Assembly: GCA_001768565.1 (NCBI GenBank)
Contig: MEOE01000011.1
Coordinates: 140,803 to 204,802, forward strand
Source of the DNA: Bacteroidetes bacterium GWF2_33_16
GTDB taxonomy: Bacteria > Bacteroidota > Bacteroidia > Bacteroidales > UBA12077
Direction: 5' to 3'
DNA length: 64,000 nucleotides
Below, piece after piece: positions 9,679 through 19,118 of this stretch (the stretch's first letter is position 1; each line of letters opens with the position of its first letter). The translations under genes were made by a program, and so were the position numbers. Below the pieces are notes generated by a model. That model was not told the origin of the DNA. It saw only the letters and a program-made list of their open reading frames with translations, and made no database searches.

Positions 9679-9768
9679 TCACATATGTAATTATATAAAA
9701 GTTACAAATGTGATTTGAAGTTAATGAATTATAATTTACATTTGTAATTCCAATAATTTACAAATATG
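9679..9768. promoter_or_regulatory. cluster of four TYACAWWTGTRA sites immediately upstream of, and overlapping, the HTH gene start
   Basis: TCACATATGTAA 9679-9690 (identical 12-mer at 9167-9178), TTACAAATGTGA 9702-9713, TTACATTTGTAA 9736-9747, TTACAAATATG 9758-9768. The third site contains TACATTTG, which fits the Bacteroidetes TAnnTTTG -7 box. Confidence 0.45.
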
Positions 9769-10206
9769 AATAACAGAATAATTCGATTTTTAACCGAAAA
9801 TAATCTAACATCAACAAGGTTTGCAGATATTATAGGTGTACAGAGATCAAGTGTTTCTCATATATTATCAGGTCGAAATAAGCCCAGTTTCGACTTTATT
9901 GAGAAAATGCTTATAGCCTATCCCGACTTAAATGCACAATGGTTGATAACTGGGATTGGTTCAATGAAGATTACTAATACTGTTAAAAATATTGAACCAG
10001 ATTTGTTTAGTTCACCTATTATTGAATCAAAAAAATCAACTTCGCCAGAATCAATTATCCAAAAACAAGAAAACAATACTCCTATTTTAAACAATTCTCA
10101 GGAAGAAACCATTAAAAAAGAAAAAATGGATAAAACTGGTTTAACTATTGAACGAATTATTATTTTTTATACGGATAATACATTTAATGAATATAAACCT
10201 CATTAA
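9766..10206 (+). CDS. XRE/Cro-type helix-turn-helix protein with a low-complexity C-terminal half
   Basis: N-terminal HTH ([36 protein letters not shown]). It resembles a conserved Bacteroidota HTH family of unknown function. Confidence 0.7.
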   Translation: MNNRIIRFLTENNLTSTRFADIIGVQRSSVSHILSGRNKPSFDFIEKMLIAYPDLNAQWLITGIGSMKITNTVKNIEPDLFSSPIIESKKSTSPESIIQKQENNTPILNNSQEETIKKEKMDKTGLTIERIIIFYTDNTFNEYKPH

Positions 10207-10244
10207 TAATATTATTTTCTGCATTATCTTTGTCAGAAAACAAT

Positions 10245-11282
10245 ATGTATAAAACCATTATTCGGCCAGTTCTATTCTTATTTCAACCAGAAACCATACA
10301 TCATTTAATTGTAAACCTTTTAAAATTTGGGTTTAAAATTCCTGGTTTATCATATATCATTAAGTCATATTACTTAGTTAAAGATAATCGTTTAAAGACT
10401 ACCTTTTTGGGCCTTGAATTCAATAATCCAGTTGGATTTGCTGCAGGATTTGATAAGAATGCAGAAGTTTATAATCAATTCTCCGAGTTTGGTTTTTCAT
10501 TTATAGAAATAGGAACAGTAACACCTATACCTCAACCAGGAAATCCTAAACCTAGATCTTTTAGGATACCTTTGGATAAAGGATTGATTAATCGCATGGG
10601 ATTTAATAATAAAGGAGTTGATTTTGCTGTAAATCAGTTAAAAAATAAAAAACACAATGTAATAATAGGTGGGAATATTGGGAAAAATACTGCAACACCT
10701 AATGAGAATGCTTTAAATGATTATGATATTTGCTTTGAAAAATTATATGATCATGTTGATTATTTGGTTGTCAACCTTAGTTGTCCAAATATAAAGGATT
10801 TACATAAGCTTCAGGATGCAGACTCTACAATTAACATACTTAATTCGCTAATCGAAAAAAGATCAAATAAAACTATAAGAAAACCAATTTTACTTAAGAT
10901 ATCTCCTGATTTAACTGATAATCAACTTGATGATGTTATTGAAACCTTCAGAATAACAGGAATTGATGGTATTGTTGCTACAAACACAACTACAACTCGT
11001 GATGGATTAAAAACTAACAAAGAAACTATTGACAAAATAGCAAATGGGGGTCTAAGCGGAAAACCTCTAACAAAAAGATCTACCGAAATTATTCGTTACT
11101 TAAACAAAAAATCGGGAGGAACCATTCCTATAATAGGTGTAGGAGGGATAATGAGTGTTGAAGATGCATTGGAAAAACTGGATGCCGGTGCTACTCTTAT
11201 TCAAATTTATACAGGATTTATTTATGAAGGTCCTGCATTTGTAAAGATGATAAACAAAGCAATTCTTAGTACTAGAAAATAG
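10245..11282 (+). CDS. pyrD: dihydroorotate dehydrogenase (quinone), class 2
   Basis: [46 protein letters not shown] and IIGVGGI motifs. I take the start at ATG 10245 rather than the TTG at 10230. Confidence 0.9.
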   Translation: MYKTIIRPVLFLFQPETIHHLIVNLLKFGFKIPGLSYIIKSYYLVKDNRLKTTFLGLEFNNPVGFAAGFDKNAEVYNQFSEFGFSFIEIGTVTPIPQPGNPKPRSFRIPLDKGLINRMGFNNKGVDFAVNQLKNKKHNVIIGGNIGKNTATPNENALNDYDICFEKLYDHVDYLVVNLSCPNIKDLHKLQDADSTINILNSLIEKRSNKTIRKPILLKISPDLTDNQLDDVIETFRITGIDGIVATNTTTTRDGLKTNKETIDKIANGGLSGKPLTKRSTEIIRYLNKKSGGTIPIIGVGGIMSVEDALEKLDAGATLIQIYTGFIYEGPAFVKMINKAILSTRK

Positions 11283-11337
11283 TTGTTTTTATCTATCTAA
11301 ATGCTTGTTAATTAGTTATTTATACTTTATACAAAAC

Positions 11338-11369
11338 AAAAAAACCTGATATTTCTATCAGGTTTTTTG
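11338..11369. terminator. bidirectional rho-independent terminator (pyrD on +, tRNA-Lys on -)
   Basis: AACCTGATA / TATCAGGTT stem (11343-11351, 11356-11364) with a 4-nt loop. An A-run lies before it and a T-run after it. Confidence 0.7.
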
Positions 11370-11442
11370 TGATCCAGCTGGGGCTCGAACCCAGGACCCC
11401 ATCCTTAAAAGGGATGTGCTCTACCAGCTGAGCTACTGAATC
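11370..11442 (-). tRNA. tRNA-Lys (anticodon UUU)
   Basis: Manual cloverleaf: GATTCAG TA GCTC AGCTGGTA GAGC A CATCC CTTTTAA GGATG GGGTC CTGGG TTCGAGC CCCAG CTGGATC A. No CCA is encoded. Confidence 0.9.
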
Positions 11443-11457
11443 ATTTTTTAGCGACTG

Positions 11458-11488
11458 CAAATGTAGTATCTTATTTTTTTATAACAAA
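11458..11488 (-). promoter_or_regulatory. Bacteroidetes-type promoter of tRNA-Lys (TTTG-N19-TACATTTG)
   Basis: On the minus strand TTTG (11485-11488) is followed, after exactly 19 nt, by TACATTTG (11458-11465). The box ends 15 nt upstream of the mature tRNA 5' end. This matches the published Bacteroides -33/-7 consensus TTTG / TAnnTTTG. Confidence 0.5.
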
Positions 11489-11666
11489 TATTTTTCGAAT
11501 AAAATATCACTTAATATTGTAAACAACTGAAAATGTGTTTTATAATTTTTCGTAAATATTTCAAGAAATTTATTCTTTCTTAAATACCTCATTTTATCTA
11601 CTGAATTTTCAATATTTTGATACTTTTTAATAGATTTGAACCAGAATACTTTTAATAATAGATAAA

Positions 11667-12083
11667 ATGTATAGTTCAGAAACTAAAATAAGAGTTAGAT
11701 ACGGAGAAACAGACAAAATGGGGTATGTATACTATGGAGTTTATCCCTTGTATTACGAAGTAGGCAGAACTGAACTTATGCGCGAATTCAATTTTCCATA
11801 TAGTAAAATAGAAGAAATGGGTATTATGTTGCCAGTTATTTCTCTTGATATTAAATATTTTAAGGCGGCTAAATACGATGATTTATTGACCATTAAAACA
11901 ATTATAAAGGAACTTCCATCTGCTCGTATTACGTTTAATTACGAAGTATATAATGAGCAAAAAGAGCTCTTAAATCAAGCAAATACAACCCTTGTATTTA
12001 TTGATGAAAAATCAAGAAAGCCCAGGAAAGCACCAGAGGAGCTATTGAATACCTTATCTCCCTATTTCAGAAATAAAAAGTAA
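11667..12083 (+). CDS. acyl-CoA thioesterase, YbgC/4HBT (hotdog) family
   Basis: RVRYGETDKMGYVYYGVYPLYYEVGRTELMRE is typical of YbgC-like thioesterases. 138 aa. Confidence 0.8.
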   Translation: MYSSETKIRVRYGETDKMGYVYYGVYPLYYEVGRTELMREFNFPYSKIEEMGIMLPVISLDIKYFKAAKYDDLLTIKTIIKELPSARITFNYEVYNEQKELLNQANTTLVFIDEKSRKPRKAPEELLNTLSPYFRNKK

Positions 12084-12242
12084 TTCCTGTCAATTTCATC
12101 ATCTTGCTTTTAGTAAAATCATCTAACTATATTCAACAAATATTTTTTTTGAAAATTATTTGTAATGAATTAAAAATTCGTTCGTCTTGTTATTGAATTA
12201 AGCTTAATCGGATACGATTTAAAACATTTAAAACTTAAAAAC

Positions 12243-12752
12243 ATGAAAAAAATAGCAATTTTAGTATTAGTAGCAATTATTCCTGGATTCATTATGGCTC
12301 AGGATGTTATAGATAATCTGATTCAGAAATATCAGGCAAAAGATGGTTTTACAACTGTAATTATCAATAAAGATTTATTCGAAATGATAGCTGCAATTGA
12401 TGATGATGAAGATTTGGCTAAAATGAAAGGCATGATCGAAAATGTTAGGATTATTGCAATGGAAGGCAATTCTGATAATAGCATTAATTTCTATAAAGAA
12501 ATTATTGATCAAGTTAATGTTAATTCTTACAAAGAATTAATGAAAGTAAAACAATCAAACGAAGATGTGGTATTTTATGCCAAGTATAATAATAATATTA
12601 TTGAAGAATTATTGCTTATAGCTGGTGGTGCAGATGATAATGCAGTGATAAGCATTAAAGGGAAAATTAGCCTTAAGGATATGGCGCAATTGTCAAAATC
12701 AGTTCATATTAATGGATTTGAGCATATGGATAAATTAAAAGATATAAATTAG
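12243..12752 (+). CDS. DUF4252 domain-containing secreted protein (paralog 1)
   Basis: Signal peptide, then LIQKYQAKDGFTTVIINKDLFEMI and a C-terminal ISIKGKISLKDMAQLSK pattern shared with the gene at 13915. Confidence 0.75.
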   Translation: MKKIAILVLVAIIPGFIMAQDVIDNLIQKYQAKDGFTTVIINKDLFEMIAAIDDDEDLAKMKGMIENVRIIAMEGNSDNSINFYKEIIDQVNVNSYKELMKVKQSNEDVVFYAKYNNNIIEELLLIAGGADDNAVISIKGKISLKDMAQLSKSVHINGFEHMDKLKDIN

Positions 12753-12753
12753 A

Positions 12754-12779
12754 AAAGGGAGTATAATAATCTCCCTTTT
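12754..12779 (+). terminator. possible weak terminator/attenuator hairpin
   Basis: AAAGGGAG / CTCCCTTT stem with a 9-nt loop, but only a short T-run (TTTT). Confidence 0.35.
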
Positions 12780-12823
12780 CTAAAAATTAATTTGTATTTT
12801 TCGGTGGATTGATTTTACAACAA

Positions 12824-13369
12824 ATGGATGTCAATACATTTAAATCAGTAGTTTTGCCCCTAAATCGGAAGCTTTATGCTTTTGCAATTAGGTTTATAAA
12901 TGATACTGACGAAGCAAAAGATATTATTCAGGAAATTTTTATAAAACTTTGGAATATTCGGGACGAATTAGAAAAGTACAATAGTGTTGAAGCATTGGCA
13001 ATGAGAATGACAAGGAATTTGTGTCTTGATAAAATAAAACTAAAAAAAACTGTTCCACTTAATCCAATGTTACAACAACAGGTTTACGAAGATAATACTA
13101 AAAAAGAAGCCGAACAGGAAGTATTAATTGCTGCGAATAGAGCAAAAAAAATAATTGAGCAATTAGAAGACCCGCAGAAATCAATAATGCAATTGCATGA
13201 TATTCAAGGTTATGATTATGATGAAATAGCAGAAATTTTGAACATGAACATTAATACTATACGAGTTACATTATCGAGAGCAAGAAAAAAAGTTAAAGAA
13301 TTACTCATGAATAAATATTATAATCATGAAAAAACAGGAAATAAAATCTCTTTTAGAGAAATATTATAA
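12824..13369 (+). CDS. RNA polymerase ECF-type sigma-70 factor
   Basis: Region 2 (DEAKDIIQEIFIKLW) and region 4 HTH (GYDYDEIAEILNMNINTIRVTLSRARKKV). I take the start at ATG 12824 rather than TTG 12809. Confidence 0.85.
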   Translation: MDVNTFKSVVLPLNRKLYAFAIRFINDTDEAKDIIQEIFIKLWNIRDELEKYNSVEALAMRMTRNLCLDKIKLKKTVPLNPMLQQQVYEDNTKKEAEQEVLIAANRAKKIIEQLEDPQKSIMQLHDIQGYDYDEIAEILNMNINTIRVTLSRARKKVKELLMNKYYNHEKTGNKISFREIL

Positions 13370-13913
13370 GGGGGAAACAAATAGTGAGGAGGAGAGAATT
13401 CTTTTTGAATATTTCTCCGGACAAGATATTGATTCTGAATTTCTTGCTGATAAAGAATATTTTGAATTTATAAATACAGAAGTTCGTCAGTTTTCTGCTG
13501 TTGAAGATCTTTCAGATTCCATTTGGGAAAATATTGAGAAACATGAAATAAAATCAAAATATAAAGAAATTAAGTTTAACAAAATTAATAAAGTAATACT
13601 AGCAATTGCTGCAAGTATAATAATAACAGTGGTTTCCGTTACAATTATTAAATACGAATTTCTTACAAACGAAAAGCAAACCTACTTTGCTGATACTTAT
13701 GATAATCCTGAATCTGCTTATCTTGAAGCAAAAAAGGCTTTGCTTATGGTATCAGAAATGTTAAACAAAGGTACAAACCATATCGAAAACCTGGACTCCT
13801 TCGAAAAAGGAACAAAAAATATAGGTCTTATAAGTAATTTTGATAAAGGTTTAGATGAACTTAAACCTCTAAAATCAATTGAAATTGCAAATAAATACAT
13901 TAAAAATAAGTAA
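13326..13913 (+). CDS. putative anti-sigma factor (single-pass membrane protein)
   Basis: It overlaps the sigma gene 3' end by 44 nt. One TM helix (VILAIAASIIITVVSVTII). Its position directly downstream of the sigma gene is typical of cognate anti-sigma factors. Confidence 0.55.
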   Translation: MKKQEIKSLLEKYYKGETNSEEERILFEYFSGQDIDSEFLADKEYFEFINTEVRQFSAVEDLSDSIWENIEKHEIKSKYKEIKFNKINKVILAIAASIIITVVSVTIIKYEFLTNEKQTYFADTYDNPESAYLEAKKALLMVSEMLNKGTNHIENLDSFEKGTKNIGLISNFDKGLDELKPLKSIEIANKYIKNK

Positions 13914-13914
13914 T

Positions 13915-14427
13915 ATGAAAAAGCTAATTTTATTATTCAGCATGTTATTCTTTTCTGCCTATATATGGGCGCAAAACTCTCCTGTTGATCAATTATTTGA
14001 TAAGTACAGTGGAAAAGAAGGATTTACTTCGGTATATATTTCTAGTTATATGTTTAGCATGTTCTCTAATTTAGAAACCGACGATCCTGAGTTCGATGAA
14101 CTTGTTAAAAACCTAAAAGCCATTAAAATTCTGGCTACTGACTCATCATATGCAGGCAATATAAATTTCTTTAAAGAAATAAACGAAAAGCTTCCAAAAG
14201 ATCAATACAAGGAGCTTATGGTAATTAAGGAAAAAGACCAGGATGTTAAGTTTTTAGTAAATGAAAAGAATGGAAAAATTATTGAACTATTACTCATTGC
14301 TGGAGGAAAGGGTGAAAATGCACTAATTAGTATCCAAGGTAATATTGATCTGAAAAACATTTCAAAGCTATCTAAATCCATGAAGATAGATGGTCTTGAA
14401 CATCTTGAAGAAATTGATAAAAAATAG
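13915..14427 (+). CDS. DUF4252 domain-containing secreted protein (paralog 2)
   Basis: Signal peptide MKKLILLFSMLFFSAYIWA, then LFDKYSGKEGFTSVYISSYMFSMF and ISIQGNIDLKNISKLSK. The ATG at 13915 lies 1 nt after the previous stop. Confidence 0.75.
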   Translation: MKKLILLFSMLFFSAYIWAQNSPVDQLFDKYSGKEGFTSVYISSYMFSMFSNLETDDPEFDELVKNLKAIKILATDSSYAGNINFFKEINEKLPKDQYKELMVIKEKDQDVKFLVNEKNGKIIELLLIAGGKGENALISIQGNIDLKNISKLSKSMKIDGLEHLEEIDKK

Positions 14428-14432
14428 AAAAA

Positions 14433-14951
14433 ATGAAAAGAATTTATTGGTTATTTGTGCTAATGTTTTTATTATTAGGATCATGCGTTAAAGAAAACAG
14501 ATCTAGTTACAAGAAGAATGATTTATTTGGTGAATTCGAAGCGCAACAAGGATTTGTAATAATGAATTTGCCACCAGTACTTTTTAAGATAGTTCTGAAT
14601 TCATCGGATAAGAGTGATCTTAATCAAAAGGAATTGTTAGACAAAATTGAACTTATTAAGGTTCTATTTTTCGAAGAGAATGACAAATCCATGAAAAAAT
14701 CAGATCTTAACAATAGTTTAAGCGAGAAGATAACTAATCAGAATTATAATCTACTTACCCAAATAACCAATGAGAATAACAAGATTTCGATATTTGTAAA
14801 AGATGAAAAACAAATTATTAGTGAATTGCTTTTTCTTATAGTATCTGATGATGGACTTTTTTGTGTTGATTGCCTGGGTAGTTTTAAAACAGAAGATGCC
14901 TTAAAGCTTTATAAATCAATTAATACAGAAAATTTAAAAATCTCTAATTAA
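14433..14951 (+). CDS. DUF4252-like lipoprotein (divergent paralog 3)
   Basis: Lipobox LLLGSC. It has the same overall layout as the paralogs (QQGFVIMNLPPVLFKIVL ... ISELLFLIVSDDG ... ALKLYKSI). Confidence 0.55.
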   Translation: MKRIYWLFVLMFLLLGSCVKENRSSYKKNDLFGEFEAQQGFVIMNLPPVLFKIVLNSSDKSDLNQKELLDKIELIKVLFFEENDKSMKKSDLNNSLSEKITNQNYNLLTQITNENNKISIFVKDEKQIISELLFLIVSDDGLFCVDCLGSFKTEDALKLYKSINTENLKISN

Positions 14952-14981
14952 AATATCAAGAAATACTGTATTTATACCTAA

Positions 14982-15014
14982 AGTGAAATTAGTATTAATT
15001 TCACTTTTTTTTTT
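14982..15014 (+). terminator. rho-independent terminator ending the sigma/DUF4252 gene string
   Basis: AGTGAAATT / AATTTCACT stem with a 6-nt loop, then T10. Confidence 0.8.
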
Positions 15015-15199
15015 GGTATAGAACTTGATAATAAAAAATGTTCAAAAAATAGTATTGCTTGAAACCACCAATTATATATAACGTATAATATAATTATGTT
15101 TCTTGTTTCTTTAAAAAACAATATTCATTTTGGAACGTTTTATAAAAAATTTGCATCTTAATAAATAAACATAAACAATACTAACCAAAAAATAAAGCT

Positions 15200-16300
15200 A
15201 TGACAAATATGAAAAAACTTGTTGCAATGATGCTTATGTTGGCATCAGTATTTTTCTTTGCATGCGAAGACGATGATCCAGATCCATTATCACCGGAAAA
15301 GGCTAAAGCTGAGTTAAATGAATTAAGTGCGCAAATGTCTACAGATCTTGCAGATATGCAAGAAACAGAAGGCATGATTGCTATGAAATCGCTTATGAAT
15401 ATGACTGATCCGTTTTCAGATTCAAAATCAGGGTTGAGAACTGCAGTTATTCCAAATATTTATGAGTCAATAATTCCATTCTCTAAAGAAATTAACTCAA
15501 AACTAACCTACGAGGTTGATAGTTTTGATTTTGATACTTATAAAGGTACATATACCTGGAATAATAATGCCCAATTATGGGAAATTACATTAGGTGGAAA
15601 TACTATTATTATTAATTTCCCATCCAATGAAGCAAACATGGGTGTTAATGATGCAAAATTAACGATAAGCAATTATCAGGAAGATGCAAATTATAACCCA
15701 ACTGCAATTGCAGCTAAATTAGAAATAAATGAAATTGTATATGTAGAGATTACATTTTCTGCAACATGGACCGAGGATGAGCCAACAATTTTACAAGTAA
15801 GTATTTATTTGAAACCATTTACTTTCTCAGGTGGATTTGAGCAAACCTCATCAACAGCATCTGTTAATTTTTCGATTGTTTATGAAAACACAAGACTTCT
15901 TAATACTAGTTTAAGTATAACATTTACTGATACCACTAAAGAGGAGATTAAGAAAATTGTTGGGTATATTCAATACCGTGATATAAAGATTTCTGCCGCA
16001 ATAAATCTTGCTAATATAATGGAGATTAGACAAAGCTTAGCTGATGAAAGTTCTCCATATACAACAATGGATGAATTAATTAGTGCATTAAATAAAGAAA
16101 TTGATGCCAAAATAACTAAAAATGGCGCTTTAGTAGCAACAATAAAACTGGCTATGACTGATCAAGGAATTACAGTTGTTTTGAAGTTTTCTGATGGATC
16201 AACAGAACCTGCACAACCTTTCTTCGAAGTCTTTATTTCTAATCTAGAGGATCTCTTTGGTTTTATTAAAGATTATTTCAGTGATGAAGGCACAGTATAG
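15200..16300 (+). CDS. hypothetical lipoprotein
   Basis: Signal peptide plus lipobox (MKKLVAMMLMLASVFFFAC, Met4 at 15209 is an alternative start) and an acidic mature N-terminus. I recognise no motif. Confidence 0.6.
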   Translation: MTNMKKLVAMMLMLASVFFFACEDDDPDPLSPEKAKAELNELSAQMSTDLADMQETEGMIAMKSLMNMTDPFSDSKSGLRTAVIPNIYESIIPFSKEINSKLTYEVDSFDFDTYKGTYTWNNNAQLWEITLGGNTIIINFPSNEANMGVNDAKLTISNYQEDANYNPTAIAAKLEINEIVYVEITFSATWTEDEPTILQVSIYLKPFTFSGGFEQTSSTASVNFSIVYENTRLLNTSLSITFTDTTKEEIKKIVGYIQYRDIKISAAINLANIMEIRQSLADESSPYTTMDELISALNKEIDAKITKNGALVATIKLAMTDQGITVVLKFSDGSTEPAQPFFEVFISNLEDLFGFIKDYFSDEGTV

Positions 16301-16322
16301 TCAATTATAAGATTAAAAAAGT

Positions 16323-16352
16323 AAGGGGGTATAAGTTGCCCCTTTTACTTTT
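16323..16352. terminator. bidirectional terminator between convergent genes
   Basis: AAGGGG / CCCCTT stem (16323-16328, 16339-16344) flanked by an A-run and T-runs. It overlaps the stop codon of the minus-strand gene. Confidence 0.55.
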
Positions 16353-17589
16353 TATACAAATTAATAACTGTTATTTCTGGTGGCATTCCAACTCTTCCTG
16401 GATAGGCAATATATCCTAATCCTCTATTTACATATAAAAACTGATCTAATTCTTTATACAATCCACTCCAGCGAGGATATTTATACTTTACAGGACTCCA
16501 TTTAAATTTTCCAATATCGATTCCAAACTGCATACCATGAGTATGACCCGAAAGAGTTAAATCAATATTAGTTTGGCCAATTACTTCAGAATCCCAATGT
16601 GAAGGATCGTGTGATAAAAGAATTTTAAATGGATTGTTCTTAATGCCGTTCATTGCTTTCTTTAAATCACCATGCTGAACAAATGGAGGTAATCCCCAGT
16701 TTTCAATACCAATTATAACGATTTCACTTTGATCCATTTGTAAAATTTCTGATTCATTAATCAATAAGCGAAAACCCATCTTTTCATGCGCCAGAATAAG
16801 TTTATTTAGGTTCTCGGCTTTTTCAGTACTATCCTTCCAATTAAAATAATCACCGTAATCATGATTGCCCAAAATAGAATACTTGCCATATTTGGCCTTT
16901 AAATTGCTTAATATAGGTATAAAGCCATCAACCTCTTCGGCAAAATTATTTACAAGGTCTCCGGTAAATAAAATAAGGTCAGGTTTTTGTTTATTAATGA
17001 GATCTATTGCTTTTTTAAATTTTTTCTCATTTCCATAAAAACTACCAATATGAATATCAGATATATGAATAATTTTGAGGCCATTGAATGCATCCGGAAG
17101 ATTTGAAAATGCGATATCTTGTTGGGTAACTTTAAAATCAAAGCGCCCAATAACCATTCCGTAGAATAAAAGCAAAAATGGAATTATTGATAATATAAGT
17201 CCTGCCTGAGATATTGCTTTAATACGTATAAAATTATTAATAAAACCCATTTTATGGATTAACCATTTAATAATCAATACTGAATCATCAAAAAAATGAA
17301 ATGTTAAAAACAATAATTTAGGTATATAAAAAAGTAAAAAAACGCCAATAAATAAATATAATAACTTAAAAATCTTGGTATCCCGGATAAAAGGAGTTTG
17401 GCTCATAATATATAAAGATCCTATAACAAGAATAATTGGGACTAACCAATAGCTTATATAGATTGCACTTTTAAAATAAGTACTTTCGATTGTTGAAGCC
17501 AATATCCGTATTCCTGTGAAAGTATAAATGTCGATTATTAGAATAAATACAATAAAAATAAATAGAGCCATCGTAAATTTGGATTTCAT
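16345..17589 (-). CDS. membrane-anchored metallophosphoesterase (calcineurin-like, YkuE-type)
   Basis: N-terminal TM helices, then the phosphoesterase motifs IHISDIHIG, TGDLVNN, GNHDY and SGHTHG. Confidence 0.85.
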   Translation of the reverse strand: MKSKFTMALFIFIVFILIIDIYTFTGIRILASTIESTYFKSAIYISYWLVPIILVIGSLYIMSQTPFIRDTKIFKLLYLFIGVFLLFYIPKLLFLTFHFFDDSVLIIKWLIHKMGFINNFIRIKAISQAGLILSIIPFLLLFYGMVIGRFDFKVTQQDIAFSNLPDAFNGLKIIHISDIHIGSFYGNEKKFKKAIDLINKQKPDLILFTGDLVNNFAEEVDGFIPILSNLKAKYGKYSILGNHDYGDYFNWKDSTEKAENLNKLILAHEKMGFRLLINESEILQMDQSEIVIIGIENWGLPPFVQHGDLKKAMNGIKNNPFKILLSHDPSHWDSEVIGQTNIDLTLSGHTHGMQFGIDIGKFKWSPVKYKYPRWSGLYKELDQFLYVNRGLGYIAYPGRVGMPPEITVINLYKK

Positions 17590-17722
17590 TTTAAAAACTT
17601 GTTTTTACAAAAAAAGTAATAATAAAGTAAACAACATTAAATATTAAGTTTTGTTTCCATTTAATAAACTAAACTTCATAATTTAGAGGTTTAATAAGTG
17701 AAAAAGATATTCATATTTTAAA

Positions 17723-18121
17723 ATGCTTGCAAAAGAATCTTTAAAGAACGAACTAATTTTTAAGGCAACACGAAGTAGTGGGAGCGGCGGGCAAAATGTC
17801 AACAAGGTTTCAACCAAGATGGAGCTTCGTTTTCAGGTTGATGATTCTGAATTTCTTACTTATGAAGAAAAAGAACTCATTAAGGTGAAATTAAAAAATA
17901 GAATCTCACAGGATGGTTTTTTTATTCTTACATGTGATACTGAGAGAACACAACTTGCCAACAAAAAGAACGTAATTGAACTTTTCTTTGAACTTATTGA
18001 AAAAGCCCTTCATAAACCGAAAAAAAGAAAAAAGACACGACCAAGTAAAGCTTCTATAGAAAAAAGACTCAAAGGGAAAAAGATACAATCAGAAAAAAAG
18101 AAGAATAGGAGTCTGGAATAA
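17723..18121 (+). CDS. arfB: alternative ribosome-rescue factor ArfB (peptidyl-tRNA hydrolase, GGQ domain + basic tail)
   Basis: SGSGGQNVNKVSTKMELRF, and a Lys/Arg-rich C-terminal tail (KPKKRKKTRPSKASIEKRLKGKK). Confidence 0.9.
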   Translation: MLAKESLKNELIFKATRSSGSGGQNVNKVSTKMELRFQVDDSEFLTYEEKELIKVKLKNRISQDGFFILTCDTERTQLANKKNVIELFFELIEKALHKPKKRKKTRPSKASIEKRLKGKKIQSEKKKNRSLE

Positions 18122-18133
18122 ACAATTAAATTG

Positions 18134-18206
18134 AGCGAGAAACGGGTCTCGAACCCGCGACCTTAAGCTTGGGAAGCTTACGCTCTACCAACTGAGCTAT
18201 TCTCGC
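18134..18206 (-). tRNA. tRNA-Gly (anticodon CCC)
   Basis: Manual cloverleaf: GCGAGAA TA GCTC AGTTGGTA GAGC G TAAGC TTCCCAA GCTTA AGGTC GCGGG TTCGAGA CCCGT TTCTCGC T. A TAAATTTG (-7-like) box lies about 9 nt upstream. Confidence 0.9.
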
Positions 18207-18243
18207 ATGAAGGGCAAATTTATAAAAAAATTACAATCATGTT

Positions 18244-19029
18244 CTATTTTTTTAATGAATTTATCTCATTCTTCATCTCAATAACCATTTGATGTAATTT
18301 ATTTATACTTAGCTCATCGGGTTTAGGTAGGCTAAAACTAATAAATCCGAGCGCCTTCCATACTTCTAAAACATCTTCAATTGACACAGAATAAGGTTGG
18401 TATTCAGGATTGTCTGATTTAAGAATGATTTCGTTTTGATTCGAAATACGGTTATATAATCGCTTGTAAACAAGGCCTTCGTTAAGAGTAATCACAACAT
18501 AAGTTTCGTCATCAACAATTTCGTTCCAGTTTGGCAAGTACTCTGTAATTATATACGAACCTGATTTAACAGGTTCCATGCTGTCGCCTTTAATCTGGAA
18601 AACTCGATATGTTCTTTCTTTGCTAAGTTCTGTTAATGGTAATGAAAAACAGGGTAACTCATCAATAAACTCCTTATCGGCATATCCAGTTGTGTATCCG
18701 GCAGATGCCTGAACAGGAACGCTAGTAATTAACTCCTTATCAGTATTATTAACAACAGTTGTTAGCACACGAAGATTTTCTCCTTTGGTTCGTTTTTCCA
18801 GATTAGTATCTGGTTTTGTCGATTCCCAAAGTTTCATATTGGTCAGTTCATCCATGGTAATGCCAAAATATTGAGTAATAACCTGCAATACGGATAGTTT
18901 GGGCATTGCCCTGTTCTCTTCGTAAGATCCTATCATTGCACGGTTTACGCCAATTTTTTCAGCAAGTTCGCCCTGAGTAAGACCTTGACTTTTGCGAAGG
19001 TATTTTATGTTTTGTCCAATGAGTTCCAT
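18244..19029 (-). CDS. S24-peptidase repressor with CI/XRE-type HTH ('non-canonical LexA' type)
   Basis: HTH (GLTQGELAEKIGVNRAMIGSYEENR) plus a C-terminal S24 autoprotease domain (FQIKGDSMEP ... VYKRL). It is divergent from a DNA-damage operon. Confidence 0.8.
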   Translation of the reverse strand: MELIGQNIKYLRKSQGLTQGELAEKIGVNRAMIGSYEENRAMPKLSVLQVITQYFGITMDELTNMKLWESTKPDTNLEKRTKGENLRVLTTVVNNTDKELITSVPVQASAGYTTGYADKEFIDELPCFSLPLTELSKERTYRVFQIKGDSMEPVKSGSYIITEYLPNWNEIVDDETYVVITLNEGLVYKRLYNRISNQNEIILKSDNPEYQPYSVSIEDVLEVWKALGFISFSLPKPDELSINKLHQMVIEMKNEINSLKK

Positions 19030-19064
19030 AAAAAGCTTATTTTAATTGATTCTGCAAATAATAA

Positions 19065-19076
19065 TAGCAAATATAC
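19065..19076 (-). promoter_or_regulatory. GTATATTTGCTA box (minus-strand copy): -7 element TATATTTG plus candidate operator for the lexA-like gene
   Basis: The plus strand reads TAGCAAATATAC, an exact reverse complement of 19119-19130. It contains TAnnTTTG about 38 nt upstream of the start codon at 19029. Confidence 0.45.
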
Positions 19077-19118
19077 ATAAATTTTTAGTAAAAAAATAGA
19101 TTCACGCTAATTTATTTA

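Noticed and set aside
8920-9765. Long AT-rich gene-free region considered as a replication origin
   Set aside because: I found no TTATCCACA-type DnaA boxes (only TTATCCTGT at about 9020) and no dnaA/dnaN nearby. The repeated motif is a different palindrome, so a regulatory explanation is more economical.
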